DNA from: Candidatus Poribacteria bacterium
GTDB taxonomy: Bacteria > Poribacteria > WGA-4E > PCPOR2b
Assembly: GCA_965215015.1 (NCBI GenBank)
Contig: OZ244042.1
Span: 1,600,001 to 1,664,000 of the forward strand
Reading direction: 5' to 3'
Length of the DNA stretch: 64,000 nucleotides
The notes beneath the pieces were generated by a model. That model saw nothing but the letters and a program-made list of their open reading frames with translations, was not told the DNA's origin and did no database searches. The position numbers and the translations under genes are program-made. Below, piece after piece: positions 27,770 to 37,420 of this stretch (the first letter of the stretch is position 1; every line of letters begins with the position of its first letter).

Positions 27770-29959
27770 TCAATCCCTATACTCCACAAGAAGTACCTCG
27801 TGGAGGTTTACCGTCGGCACCACAACCGTCGCAGCGTTTCCTGACGCCTCTATATCTGTCCCTTGTAATGGCAGCCGTGCCGACTTCACTGCAAAGTCAT
27901 TAAAACGAACCTGAATGTTATGGATGGGAGGGACCTCACGGAGCGAGAAAAAAATAGTCGTATCTTCATCGTTCTGTTCGCGATTGGCAATACGCCAAGG
28001 CAGTAATGGAGTAGGGTTGTTGAGCAGATGAATCATTAGTTCATTGGAGCTTCGGTGGGCAGCGGTAACTTCAATAGCCTCCGGCATCTCAAACTCAATC
28101 GGTGGAGGTGTCCGCTTCATCAAGTCCGCGATAAGCCGTTTCAGCGGCGGATACGGGTTGTTCATATATGCGCCACCTACATCACCGCAGATATAAATCG
28201 CCTTGCCCTCCCCGAACCGGTGCATCGTGATAGCGGGTTCGGGCGAATCATAATCCATCCTCGGATCGAAATCTTTCAGTAAGCGTTCTCCTTCCAGACA
28301 ACTGCGCGTACAAAGCACATGGACGGCCGCATCTGGCAGGACGGACACCGCAGATTCCTGAGCATAGAAGCAGATAACATAGCCGAATTTGCGCGACAAC
28401 TCTACATCATGCGGGACATATATGATACTGTGGTCCCTTGTGTCCCCAGGCCCTCGGTACTCCACGCCTAATACGTCGGAGAGGGCAAATTTGCCCCGCT
28501 CACGTCCAAGCTCGTCCAACAGGGAGGTTTCATGGGTAGCGATGAGCGTACCACCTTCATAGACAAATTTTCTGATAGCCTCGCACTGTTCATCGGATAA
28601 GCACGCACTGTTTGAGAGAAAGAGCAAACGATATTGTGACAACGTCTCGCAATTCAGACGCTCGTCCAAAACGAAGTCGAACAGCAAGTGAGATCGATTC
28701 AATATCTCGTAGGCACCGTAAACGTCCTTCTGTCCAATCTCGTGGAAATAGGTTTGTCCCATGTTCTTGGGAAGCTCCGACGGACGAAAGTCCCGGTTCT
28801 GCTGTGAGTAATGGAGGGCGACGTATTTAACTGTATCACCTTTGATGTAATCAACCCGTTTCTTGAATTCACTGAAGACAGATTTGACCGTGTCCTTATG
28901 GAGAATTGTTGGTCCATCGAAAGGATTTCCACACGGTGCACCGCCGTTAGCGATGGCGGCTAGCCCAGCAATAGCAGGCGAAAACATTTCAGGATAGGGG
29001 GCACCCCCAAATCCCTGTAGTGATTGAGTGACGTTTCGGAAAAGACCGAAGGGTGTACCTGTTGACCGAAGCACCTTTGCTGTAAAGCTGGGCTCTCGTA
29101 GAGACCGGAAGGTTTCCACGAAAAAATAGCCACCAACGTCTTCCAAATGAAATAGGTTGAGCGGGTGACCGTCTGTCCAATCGGCGGTGGGGCGAATATA
29201 TGAATTCATGTCGAGAATAACATCCGGATATTTCCCTCTGATCTGCCGGAAGAGATGGTGCATAAAATCCTTCATCTTCTCGTAGCGCCAGTTGACAAAG
29301 TGTCGGAAGTCCAAAGAATGGAAGTCAACCTTCCGGGGGAGTTTCAGACCTGTCTCGTCGCGAAACAGTTTTTCGCAGTATCCACAACAGCAGGAGGGGT
29401 AAAAGGGACGCTCCTCGTGGGACCCGTAGTTGGTGTCATCGAAGTAGAAGCCATCAAGATCAAGATTGTCCAACCACTCAATGAGATATTCCGGCAACCA
29501 GTCCCGGTAGGGCGAGTTAAAACAGAACCAGCCCAGATTCTCGATCTCAGGTCTGCCATTGTCCAGAAACTGCATCAACCACTCCGGATGCAGCGGTTTA
29601 AGCGGCTTGGTGTATATGACAGGGTAGTAACTGAGGATGAGAATACCTCGTTGGTGCGCCAATTCTAAGAATCTTGGCAGACGGTCGTTGTCAACATTGG
29701 CGTGCGGCGGAATCATCTTTGAGCAGAAGCGGGGCGTACCCCTGTTAATTTCCCCATCAACCACCTGCACTTCGATACCCACTTCGTCGATGAAGTCCAC
29801 CCATTCTTCGACGGACAGTCCGACATACGACTCCCCCGGTTGCACACAACTTGGGTAGCATTCTATACGGCACACGCGCTGCTCGTAGGGTTTTTCTGCC
29901 AGCCTTTGGGCGGTAGACCCGACCCGATTCACTTTGGGTTGTTTATCCTCTGTGTTCAA
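27770..29959 (-). CDS. Glycoside hydrolase-like protein with beta-galactosidase trimerization domain
   Basis: HPEW, CFNSPYR, DGFYFD, CCCGYC..LF, FVYEGGTLIATHETSL.DE.G, FGEGKAIY. Confidence 0.65.
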   Translation of the reverse strand: MNTEDKQPKVNRVGSTAQRLAEKPYEQRVCRIECYPSCVQPGESYVGLSVEEWVDFIDEVGIEVQVVDGEINRGTPRFCSKMIPPHANVDNDRLPRFLELAHQRGILILSYYPVIYTKPLKPLHPEWLMQFLDNGRPEIENLGWFCFNSPYRDWLPEYLIEWLDNLDLDGFYFDDTNYGSHEERPFYPSCCCGYCEKLFRDETGLKLPRKVDFHSLDFRHFVNWRYEKMKDFMHHLFRQIRGKYPDVILDMNSYIRPTADWTDGHPLNLFHLEDVGGYFFVETFRSLREPSFTAKVLRSTGTPFGLFRNVTQSLQGFGGAPYPEMFSPAIAGLAAIANGGAPCGNPFDGPTILHKDTVKSVFSEFKKRVDYIKGDTVKYVALHYSQQNRDFRPSELPKNMGQTYFHEIGQKDVYGAYEILNRSHLLFDFVLDERLNCETLSQYRLLFLSNSACLSDEQCEAIRKFVYEGGTLIATHETSLLDELGRERGKFALSDVLGVEYRGPGDTRDHSIIYVPHDVELSRKFGYVICFYAQESAVSVLPDAAVHVLCTRSCLEGERLLKDFDPRMDYDSPEPAITMHRFGEGKAIYICGDVGGAYMNNPYPPLKRLIADLMKRTPPPIEFEMPEAIEVTAAHRSSNELMIHLLNNPTPLLPWRIANREQNDEDTTIFFSLREVPPIHNIQVRFNDFAVKSARLPLQGTDIEASGNAATVVVPTVNLHEVLLVEYRD

Positions 29960-30075
29960 GGCATATTCCTCTTAATACTCACCCCAATCTAAGCCTCTCG
30001 CAGCTATGCCTCGACACGGCGCATTTGGCGTAATTTTGGCGAGTATGGCACCGGTATAGAACGCGGGTTGTTGTT

Positions 30076-30489
30076 TTATGCGAGGCTTTTAACCCGGTCA
30101 AACGGAATTACCGCGACCGCCTCAATTTCAATCAGCCACTCAGGGTTAACCAACCGGCTCACTTCAACCAACGTGCTAGCGGGATACGGCGGATCAAAAA
30201 ATTCAGCGCGTACCGCATGGATATCGGCGAGCGTTGATATGTCGGTGACGAAGACTGTGACCTTGGCGATATCCGACATCACCCCTCCAATGCTTGATAG
30301 GACGGTCTGAATGTTTGTCAGGGTCTGCCGGGTCTGGGAACGGATATCACCCACCCCGACTGTGTGTCCGTCCGGGTCCTGGGCAACATGTCCAGAAATA
30401 TGCAGGACTTTGCCCTCCGGCTGCCATGCAGCACTCGAAAAAATCCCAAAGGGCTTGACGACGCCCGGTGCGTTAAATCCATCTGCCAT
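30076..30489 (-). CDS. RidA/YjgF/YER057c family protein
   Basis: HISGHVA, QTRQTLTNI, AKVTVFVTD, PASTLVEVSRL..PEWLIEIEAVA. Confidence 0.9.
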   Translation of the reverse strand: MADGFNAPGVVKPFGIFSSAAWQPEGKVLHISGHVAQDPDGHTVGVGDIRSQTRQTLTNIQTVLSSIGGVMSDIAKVTVFVTDISTLADIHAVRAEFFDPPYPASTLVEVSRLVNPEWLIEIEAVAVIPFDRVKSLA

Positions 30490-30522
30490 GTCGATGCGTT
30501 CCCTCTAATGACTTGGTTTTGG

Positions 30523-30618
30523 GTGAGGCAATATAGTTGTCAAGTATTATAGGCGTGCAGGCTGCAAAAACGAAGGCAACTCGGTTAAGTGAGGCAATAT
30601 AGTTGTCAAGTATTATAG
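30523..30618. repeat. Perfect 30-bp direct repeat x2 with 36-bp spacer (CRISPR-like geometry)
   Basis: GTGAGGCAATATAGTTGTCAAGTATTATAG at 30523-30552 and 30589-30618. Confidence 0.85.
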
Positions 30619-31141
30619 CGCGAGCCACTACCTGTTATTCCGGTGCCTGTCTGAATATTGAAGCGTAATGCATAAGCAGTTCATTATGGGCTCATTGGTT
30701 TACCAGCTACATTAATGAACTCTTGAACTCAAGGGATTCATGGGACAGTGGTTACGGCATATGGAGACTACTACTAGCAACTTGAGTTATTATACCAAAT
30801 ACTTTCTTCCTAATCTACTATCTACTCACTGAAAAACAAAAAAACACCTAAATAAAAAAAATAAACTGAAGAATATCGCGGAGTGTGCATTAAAAAATTA
30901 AAACCGTAAAGTATTATAATTTAGATAAAGAATCTCCAAATGCCCGGTAAATCTCCGATATAAATAAAAATAAAGAAATATCCACTCGGAAAGCACGATT
31001 AAAAATTACACATCGCGGTTATTGTCAGAAAACAGGAGAAGAAACTTTGATTTCCGATTTTGAATTGATGGTTACTCAAGCGGATACGCTCTTCATCCAT
31101 GATACCAAAGGACAGCCGAAGCTTATCAGAATCTTCCGCTC

Positions 31142-31802
31142 TAAAACCTCGTCTTTTAAGACGGGGCTACAGATTAGCAAAGGGTATTCAGTCAAACAAC
31201 GGTTGAAATTGTCTGAGGCTAACAACCACAAAATAGGGTATACTTTTCTTCGCTTTTGTGAGAGCATGTCAGCACCAGTCCCCATCGGTGACTTCCACCT
31301 CCGACTGACATAGGATATGAGAATCAGAAATCGAAATCCCATGAAGACCGACAAGTTCAAAATGTATAACCATCACGGCAACCGTAAGTTACACAAGACC
31401 ATAGACGGGCACGCTCACGTATGGAATCACTGCGTTGCCCTTCAGCGTCGATACTATGCGATATACGGTCAATATATCCGCAAATTTAGATTCATCAATT
31501 ACATATCTAAACTCAAGCGAACCCAACGCTTTGCCCATTGGAATACACTCCCAAGTCAAGCGATACAGGACGTGGTATCCCGAATAGACACAGACTACCC
31601 AAAGATGTTTTCTGACCGTGCTGCAGGTAAAAAGTGCGGTCATCCCCGTTTCAAGCCACGCCGTAAATACAAGTCGTTCACATTGCTTCAATCGGGGTGG
31701 AAGATTCTCCCCGGCAATCGCATCAAAATCGTTAAACGCTTCTACCGCTATTTCAAGTCTCGTGAGATACAAGGATTGACAACATTCATGTTTGAAACAT
31801 GA
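31142..31802 (+). mobile_element. tnpB: IS200/IS605-family remnant: left-end hairpin plus truncated tnpB (31341-31802)
   Basis: Hairpin CCTCGTCTTTTAAGACGGGG at ~31147-31166. ORF MKTDKFKMY...VWNHCVALQRRYY...LPSQAIQDV..RID...PRFK.RRKYKSFT is a TnpB N-terminus with RuvC missing. Confidence 0.75.
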
Positions 31803-31829
31803 ATGTTGACAAATTCCAGTTGAATCTGC

Positions 31830-32108
31830 GTGACAGGGCAGGGCAGTGTCCAAGCTGCGATACAAGTACTCCTCCACCGGACGGAGGAACTCAAATCAGA
31901 AATAGAAGCTGTGGGGTTCACTCTCGAAGGTCTATTTGGGATTCAGTACCCCGTCGGGCTGCTACAAAATCTTGAAGAACAATGGGATGATCGAAACTGC
32001 CGTGAGAGGCTACTGAATATTGCTCGTTCCCTCGAAAGCAAGCCATCAGTAATCGGTGCCAGTGCACATATTAGGGCGATTGCTCGTAAAACGAAACATA
32101 CTCCCTAA
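31830..32108 (+). pseudogene. C-terminal fragment of a SAM methyltransferase-like gene
   Basis: HRTEELKSEIEAVGF...LESKPSVIGASAHI.AIARK; no proper N-terminus. Confidence 0.5.
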
Positions 32109-32171
32109 GAGCAATAGACAACCCAACAATGGGAGAATAAAGATCAAGCACAGGACCAAAGGATAAACTGA

Positions 32172-33227
32172 ATGAAAACTTTAAGAACCTATAATATCGC
32201 CAAGCAATTACCGAATATGGAGACAGATCGCCTTTATTTCAAGATCATTGAAATGGGTGATGTAGATTTTATTCATCAACTGTATTCCGACTGGCAGGTT
32301 TCACAACATCTGGGGAAAGTGCCATTTCCTTTCGGATATGAGGACGCGATACAGGCGACTTCCCATTGTGTCTCGGAGGAGAATTCAGAAAATGTTATGA
32401 CTTTACTAATTCAGAAAAAGGACGATCATCGAACTATCGGGATTATCACCTTTAGAAAAGACGGAGAACTGGGAATACTGGGCTATTCGATTCTCCCTAA
32501 ATTCTGGAACAGGGGATTTGCAACCGAAGCCTGCAAGAGAATTGTTACTTTTGGATTTGAATATTTGGAATTGTCAACAATTCGGGCAAGTACCACGGAA
32601 AATAATATAGCTTCGATCAAGGTCTTAGAGAAGCTAGGATTTTCCCTTAAAGAGAGGGGAATTAAAGAAAACTCCATCCATAGTGGAGAGCGGCTTGTCA
32701 GAAGGTATCAAATTCAACGCCAGAGTAATAGACAAGGGATCCGGCTTGTAGCCCGGGCGGCGATTGTCCGAGATAGCGCAATTCTGCTTGTTGCGTTTGA
32801 CGGCGAGAACGGTTTCCACTATAATCTACCCGGCGGCGGCGTTGAGCTGGGCGAAACACTGTACGACGCAGCACGACGTGAAGTCCGCGAGGAGACCGCT
32901 GCTGAAGTTGAAGTGAAGGAACTGTTGTTTGTCTACGAATGTTTCCCGCCCGACTACGGCTTCGGGCTATATGAAAAACCACATTGTGTTGATTTCCTCT
33001 TCCGCTGTGCACTCTGCAAGGGAAATGAGCCACGCTTGCCTGATAATCCGGACGAAAACGAAGTCGCCGTTCACTGGATTCCACTATATGAACTTCCTAA
33101 CGTTCCTCTTGTACCACGAATTCAGCATCGGGTTATTGCTGCCCTACAAAGAGACAGCGACGATCCATTTTGTCTAAGCCCCGATATGACGGATGAAATC
33201 AAGAGTTTGAGGCGAAGCGTCCAATAA
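32172..33227 (+). CDS. GNAT (RimJ/RimL-like) acetyltransferase fused to a NUDIX hydrolase
   Basis: LGYSILPKFWNRGFATEA, NIASIKVLEKLGF; NUDIX box PGGGVELGETLYDAARREVREET. Confidence 0.85.
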   Translation: MKTLRTYNIAKQLPNMETDRLYFKIIEMGDVDFIHQLYSDWQVSQHLGKVPFPFGYEDAIQATSHCVSEENSENVMTLLIQKKDDHRTIGIITFRKDGELGILGYSILPKFWNRGFATEACKRIVTFGFEYLELSTIRASTTENNIASIKVLEKLGFSLKERGIKENSIHSGERLVRRYQIQRQSNRQGIRLVARAAIVRDSAILLVAFDGENGFHYNLPGGGVELGETLYDAARREVREETAAEVEVKELLFVYECFPPDYGFGLYEKPHCVDFLFRCALCKGNEPRLPDNPDENEVAVHWIPLYELPNVPLVPRIQHRVIAALQRDSDDPFCLSPDMTDEIKSLRRSVQ

Positions 33228-33328
33228 GGGAACGGGGCACAACAGTCTTAGAAGGCAAATTCCACAGCCATCGCGGCGACGATTCAAGATTTGAGGCGAG
33301 AGGAGCGCGGTGTAGAAAAGGAGTAGGC

Positions 33329-33870
33329 ATGACAGAGGAATCGTTACGAAAACCCTTCAAGTCAATGAGGGCGCGGGTGAAATTCTGATCCGCTGAACCG
33401 AACCGTCGGAGGATACCCCCCGCGGATTCCTTTACAATTGACATCAAACAGGATAAGCGTGGTGAATACTTTGAAATCCTTCAGGGCAAACCCACTCTGG
33501 AACTAGAGTCGCAGGTTAAGCCGAGGGAACGTCATCTCTTGCTTTATTCGAGGGATGGTCAATGCTTTCTCTGCGGTTACGACGAACGCTACTGGTTCAT
33601 GGCGGGGGCCGCTGTTCCGGTGAGTACCGTTCGTGCCGCGACAGCATCGTTGATACCGGCGGACATTCGAGGGCGGGTGGAGGGCCTTTCATCGAAAGAT
33701 GTTAATAAACGACGAAACGCTGCTTTCAAACGACAAGGTGAATGGTTTTCCCGGTTAAGGGCTTCGATTCGATCAATGTCACACTAGCTTCGCATAACAC
33801 ACAGTTGCCGGTTCACACCCGGGGCATGTGAATCGCAGCTTTCCCCCAAAATCGGGGGCACTACAGGCTG
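33329..33870 (+). pseudogene. 5' part of a degraded conserved hypothetical gene
   Basis: AAGGAG RBS plus ATG, in-frame stop; FLCGYDERYWF...STV...KRRNAAFKRQGEWF followed by a frameshift. Confidence 0.55.
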
Positions 33871-33918
33871 CTGTACCCATAAAGCCAGCGTCTTGCTGAC
33901 ACTCAAGGAGACCCCACT

Positions 33919-34704
33919 GTGCATACTTTCATCCAACGGGGAACTCGAATACAGACAGAAGTCGGAACAGATGAACGCCCAGAAGTCGTTCGTTGGACAA
34001 CCTGGGACGGAGGACCACTCAAACAGTCCTATGCACTCATCTCTACCGAAGGTGCCGTCCTAGTTGATCCTGTCCGTCCCATTAGACCGGATAAAACTTC
34101 AGCATTGCCGCCTTCAATATTCAAACAGTATACGGGGGGCAAACATCTAGCTGTCATCTGTACAACTGCTCTCCATGAACGGAACATATACTGGTTCCGA
34201 GAAAACTATGGCATCCCAATCTACGTGCCCAAAAAAGTGGCATCTGCTTTTGAGGGTAAGCCAGATCAGCTATATGAAGATAGCGATGTTCTGCCTGCCG
34301 GTGTGCAGGCGTTGTGGATAGGAGCGCATCAAAAAGGAGAGATGGTGCTACACTGGCGCGCCCCAGGCGGTGCCCAAATATTGATCTGTGGTGATGCCAT
34401 ATATGGGCAATCTAGCCTCGGGGCCTTCGATGGTGCCCCTGAACCCTTCTGGCATCAGATAGGGGGTATCAGATTGTTTAGCGAAGGTCGTGTTGGAGAA
34501 TTGGAGATGCGAAGCCGATATGAATGTCTGCTGAATCTGGAGTTTGAGCGTATCTTAAACGGCCATAATCCGAAGTCCATTGATCAGCACCCTAAAGACG
34601 CCCTACAGAAGGTTTTGCGGGAAGGTGCCTACCAGCTACATCCAAGTGGTTTTTGTACTTACCTATGGCTTGATCTGTTTAAGGAGCGAGAAGGATTATC
34701 TTAA
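33919..34704 (+). CDS. MBL-fold metallo-hydrolase-like protein
   Basis: AVLVDP, T.ALHER, LICGDAI, ILNGH. Confidence 0.6.
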   Translation: MHTFIQRGTRIQTEVGTDERPEVVRWTTWDGGPLKQSYALISTEGAVLVDPVRPIRPDKTSALPPSIFKQYTGGKHLAVICTTALHERNIYWFRENYGIPIYVPKKVASAFEGKPDQLYEDSDVLPAGVQALWIGAHQKGEMVLHWRAPGGAQILICGDAIYGQSSLGAFDGAPEPFWHQIGGIRLFSEGRVGELEMRSRYECLLNLEFERILNGHNPKSIDQHPKDALQKVLREGAYQLHPSGFCTYLWLDLFKEREGLS

Positions 34705-34795
34705 GGGGAAACGGTGTAATATCGAGTCACAGCTTGCAAACTTGGCAACTTAGACCTAAAAAAACAGTAGGTGAAAGGCGGCGAATGAGTCTACA

Positions 34796-34927
34796 ATGAG
34801 AAATCCAGAGGTCTATACCCGCGGCTACGTCAGACACGATGACCACGCAACAGGCAAACTTGACAGCTGGCATCGCGTCTTTATCAATGCGGAATCTATA
34901 ACATCGGCGGTTTCGTTTTTCGACTAA
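34796..34927 (+). pseudogene. Probable 3' end of the gene starting at 33329
   Basis: MRNPEVYTRGYVRHDDHATGKLDSWHRVFINAE...SFFD*. I recall this as the C-terminal signature of the RQGEWF family; unverified. Confidence 0.45.
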
Positions 34928-34955
34928 AAAAGAAGGAAATCATACGGAGGCTTAA

Positions 34956-36287
34956 ATGTCCATAAAATCAATTCTTTCACAAATGCCTTTTGACTTGGGC
35001 GATAATCTAATCTTGCGGTTTGCACGATCCGACGACATTGATGCGCTCGCCGAATTTAACGCCCGCATCTTCGAGGATGAGGGCGTTGGCCACGGCATAC
35101 GGGGTTTGATGTCAGGTCGTCACCCAACGGTGAAAGCGAGTGATTTTACGGTGGTGGAAGATACTTGCAGGAACAAAATCGCCTCGTCTATGACCTTGAT
35201 TTCTCAGACGTGGGCATACCGCGGGATTCCGTTCAAGCTTGGGCGTCCCGAAGTGGTTGCCACGGAACCGGAATATCGCCGACGCGGATTGGTGCGAAAA
35301 CAGTTTGAGGTGATACACGCTCTGAGTGCTACAAGAGGTGAGCTGATGCAAGGCATCACCGGCATCCCGTGGTATTATCGCCAATTCGGGTATGAGATGG
35401 CAATGGATGTGGACGGTGCGAGAGGTGTGGATGGCATTCATCTGCCTAAGTTGAAAGATGGGGCCTCCGAAACGTATCGTTTGCGGCCGGCAGTGAATAA
35501 CGATCACGCTTTCATTCGGGAGGTGTATGACCACGCCAGTTGTCGTCAGCCCTTCGCGGCTCTCCGGTCGGAGGCGGAATGGAATTATGAGTTCAACGGA
35601 CGCTCGGAAAAGGATTTTGCCCACCGGAAATGGCTAATCATTGAAACTGTGATAGGTGAACGGTTAGGCTATGTACAATACTATCCATGGATAGAGGACA
35701 ACGCGCTATTCATCATTCAGATGGAGATCATGCCGGGCGTGGGTTATCTTAACCTGATGCCGAGTGTGTTGCGCGGACTATGGAAGATTGCACAAACAAC
35801 GCCTTTATCGGAAAATCGTCAAAACCAAGAATTAAAAACTCTCATGCTTGAGCTTGGACGCGCACATCCAGCCTACCACGCCTTGTTAGGCAAGAAAATC
35901 CACCTACATGAGCCGTATGGATTGTATATCCGTGTGCCGAATCTGGTCGCCTTTTTGCGGCATATTCAGCCTGCTTTAGAAAAAAATCTCGTCGGGACCG
36001 TCGCAGAAGGTTATAACGGCGAGTTGAAAGTGAACCGCTACCGAAGCGGCGTACAACTGAAATTTAACGGCGGAAAGATAACAGACATCTCCAACTGTTC
36101 GCCAGATTCGGTTGAGTTTGGCGACGCACAGTTTCCAGATTTGACCTTTTTACAACTTCTCTGTGGGCGCCGCCGGTTCAGCGAATTGAAAGCTAATTTT
36201 GTTGACTGTGGCGGACGAGACGAAGCGGGTGTCCTGCTCAATTGTCTCTTTCCGCCATTCACCGGAAATGTTTGGTATTTGTCATGA
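34956..36287 (+). CDS. GNAT family N-acetyltransferase (Eis-like)
   Basis: GRPEVVATEPEYRRRGLVR, GIPWYYRQFGYE. Confidence 0.8.
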   Translation: MSIKSILSQMPFDLGDNLILRFARSDDIDALAEFNARIFEDEGVGHGIRGLMSGRHPTVKASDFTVVEDTCRNKIASSMTLISQTWAYRGIPFKLGRPEVVATEPEYRRRGLVRKQFEVIHALSATRGELMQGITGIPWYYRQFGYEMAMDVDGARGVDGIHLPKLKDGASETYRLRPAVNNDHAFIREVYDHASCRQPFAALRSEAEWNYEFNGRSEKDFAHRKWLIIETVIGERLGYVQYYPWIEDNALFIIQMEIMPGVGYLNLMPSVLRGLWKIAQTTPLSENRQNQELKTLMLELGRAHPAYHALLGKKIHLHEPYGLYIRVPNLVAFLRHIQPALEKNLVGTVAEGYNGELKVNRYRSGVQLKFNGGKITDISNCSPDSVEFGDAQFPDLTFLQLLCGRRRFSELKANFVDCGGRDEAGVLLNCLFPPFTGNVWYLS

Positions 36288-37060
36288 GGGGGTACCTTAG
36301 GTTGGGAAAAAAGAGAAAAAATCGGAAGCAAAAAGATTTCTATCAGCGGCGATTTGAAGATAAAGACTTCGCTTGGTTGGCGGAACAGTTTGATAAACAG
36401 GTTGTACAAAACCCGAATCTGACGCTGGAGGAATTTGCGGTTCGCCACGGCGTTGAGCCCAAATGGATTCGCAGTTTTCTCAATAAATCTAAGAAACCTA
36501 TCACTGTCTGGCACGGCACAACGGTCGATCGGGCAAAAATGATTATGGAGGAAGGATTCAAGGCAGGAAAGGCGAAAAAAATCTGGTTTACTCGCAAATT
36601 GAACGAAGCCCGTGGGATTGCAAGCCGCCGATCGCAAAGCCGCGGCGATGCGCCGGCAATTTTCCATTGCCAGATTAATATCGGCAAATATACCGAATTT
36701 GACAAGCCGTGCCCTCATCATTACGCCTTCAGACATTCCTATATTGACAAGGCGGTTATCTCCAGTGTATCCGGTTTGGAGGTGGGTAGGAAAGGCAAAA
36801 AATTTCCACGCGAGAAGGAAGACAAAGCGGAATTAGTTGATATCATCATTACTAAAACCTCCGGCAAATATGGCGTGCTGTTGTGGATAAACACCTACCT
36901 AGAGCAAGCAGGTCAAACGCCCGTGAATGAGGAGCACCCGGCAATTGAGGAGATTCATCGGTGGGTGGAGGCGCAATACGCTGCAGGCCGGGAAGAAGCA
37001 ATCTCTGAAGATGAGATGTTGGTGCAAGTGAGGACACACTTTAATAACCAATGGTGCTAG
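36284..37060 (+). CDS. Hypothetical protein: HTH-like N-terminus plus ADP-ribosyltransferase-like domain
   Basis: ATGA overlap with the upstream stop; LTLEEFAVRHGVEPKWIRSFL; TVWHGTT...A..IMEEGF...IWFT...A. Confidence 0.5.
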   Translation: MRGYLRLGKKRKNRKQKDFYQRRFEDKDFAWLAEQFDKQVVQNPNLTLEEFAVRHGVEPKWIRSFLNKSKKPITVWHGTTVDRAKMIMEEGFKAGKAKKIWFTRKLNEARGIASRRSQSRGDAPAIFHCQINIGKYTEFDKPCPHHYAFRHSYIDKAVISSVSGLEVGRKGKKFPREKEDKAELVDIIITKTSGKYGVLLWINTYLEQAGQTPVNEEHPAIEEIHRWVEAQYAAGREEAISEDEMLVQVRTHFNNQWC

Positions 37061-37129
37061 TTTGCAACTGTTAATAGACTCTCTGATCAAAGACCGAGCA
37101 TGAAACGTGAAAACAATTGGTTCATGAAT

Positions 37130-37287
37130 TAGGAGTTACGTACTTGAGTTTTTGGGATGAACTGTCGCGGTCCGATTCATCAGCGAGGATACCAGGGCTA
37201 TAGCACAAGAGTCACGGTTCAATCGTCCATGAACATTGCCCGCCCTTTTCTGGTGTTGGCTTCGAGGGGGCAATTGCGTAAGTACTA
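37130..37287. mobile_element. MITE with degenerate TAGGACTTACGCA-type TIRs
   Basis: TAGGAGTTACGTA ... TGCGTAAGTACTA. Confidence 0.55.
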
Positions 37288-37420
37288 AATGTACGGATGA
37301 ACTCTTCTTTAATAAACCCATGAGCTGTTAAACGATGTGGAAATGACAACCTCACCAACTCGCACCAAAGGTTAATAGAAATTATAAATTTGGGCACAAA
37401 TGAGGTAGGAAACGAAGACT

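Noticed and set aside
30523-30618. Calling the repeat pair a confirmed CRISPR
   Set aside because: Only two repeats, no cas genes and an unrecognised repeat; kept as a repeat and a hypothesis.
31341-31802. Functional TnpB or compact Cas12 nuclease
   Set aside because: Ends before any RuvC motif.
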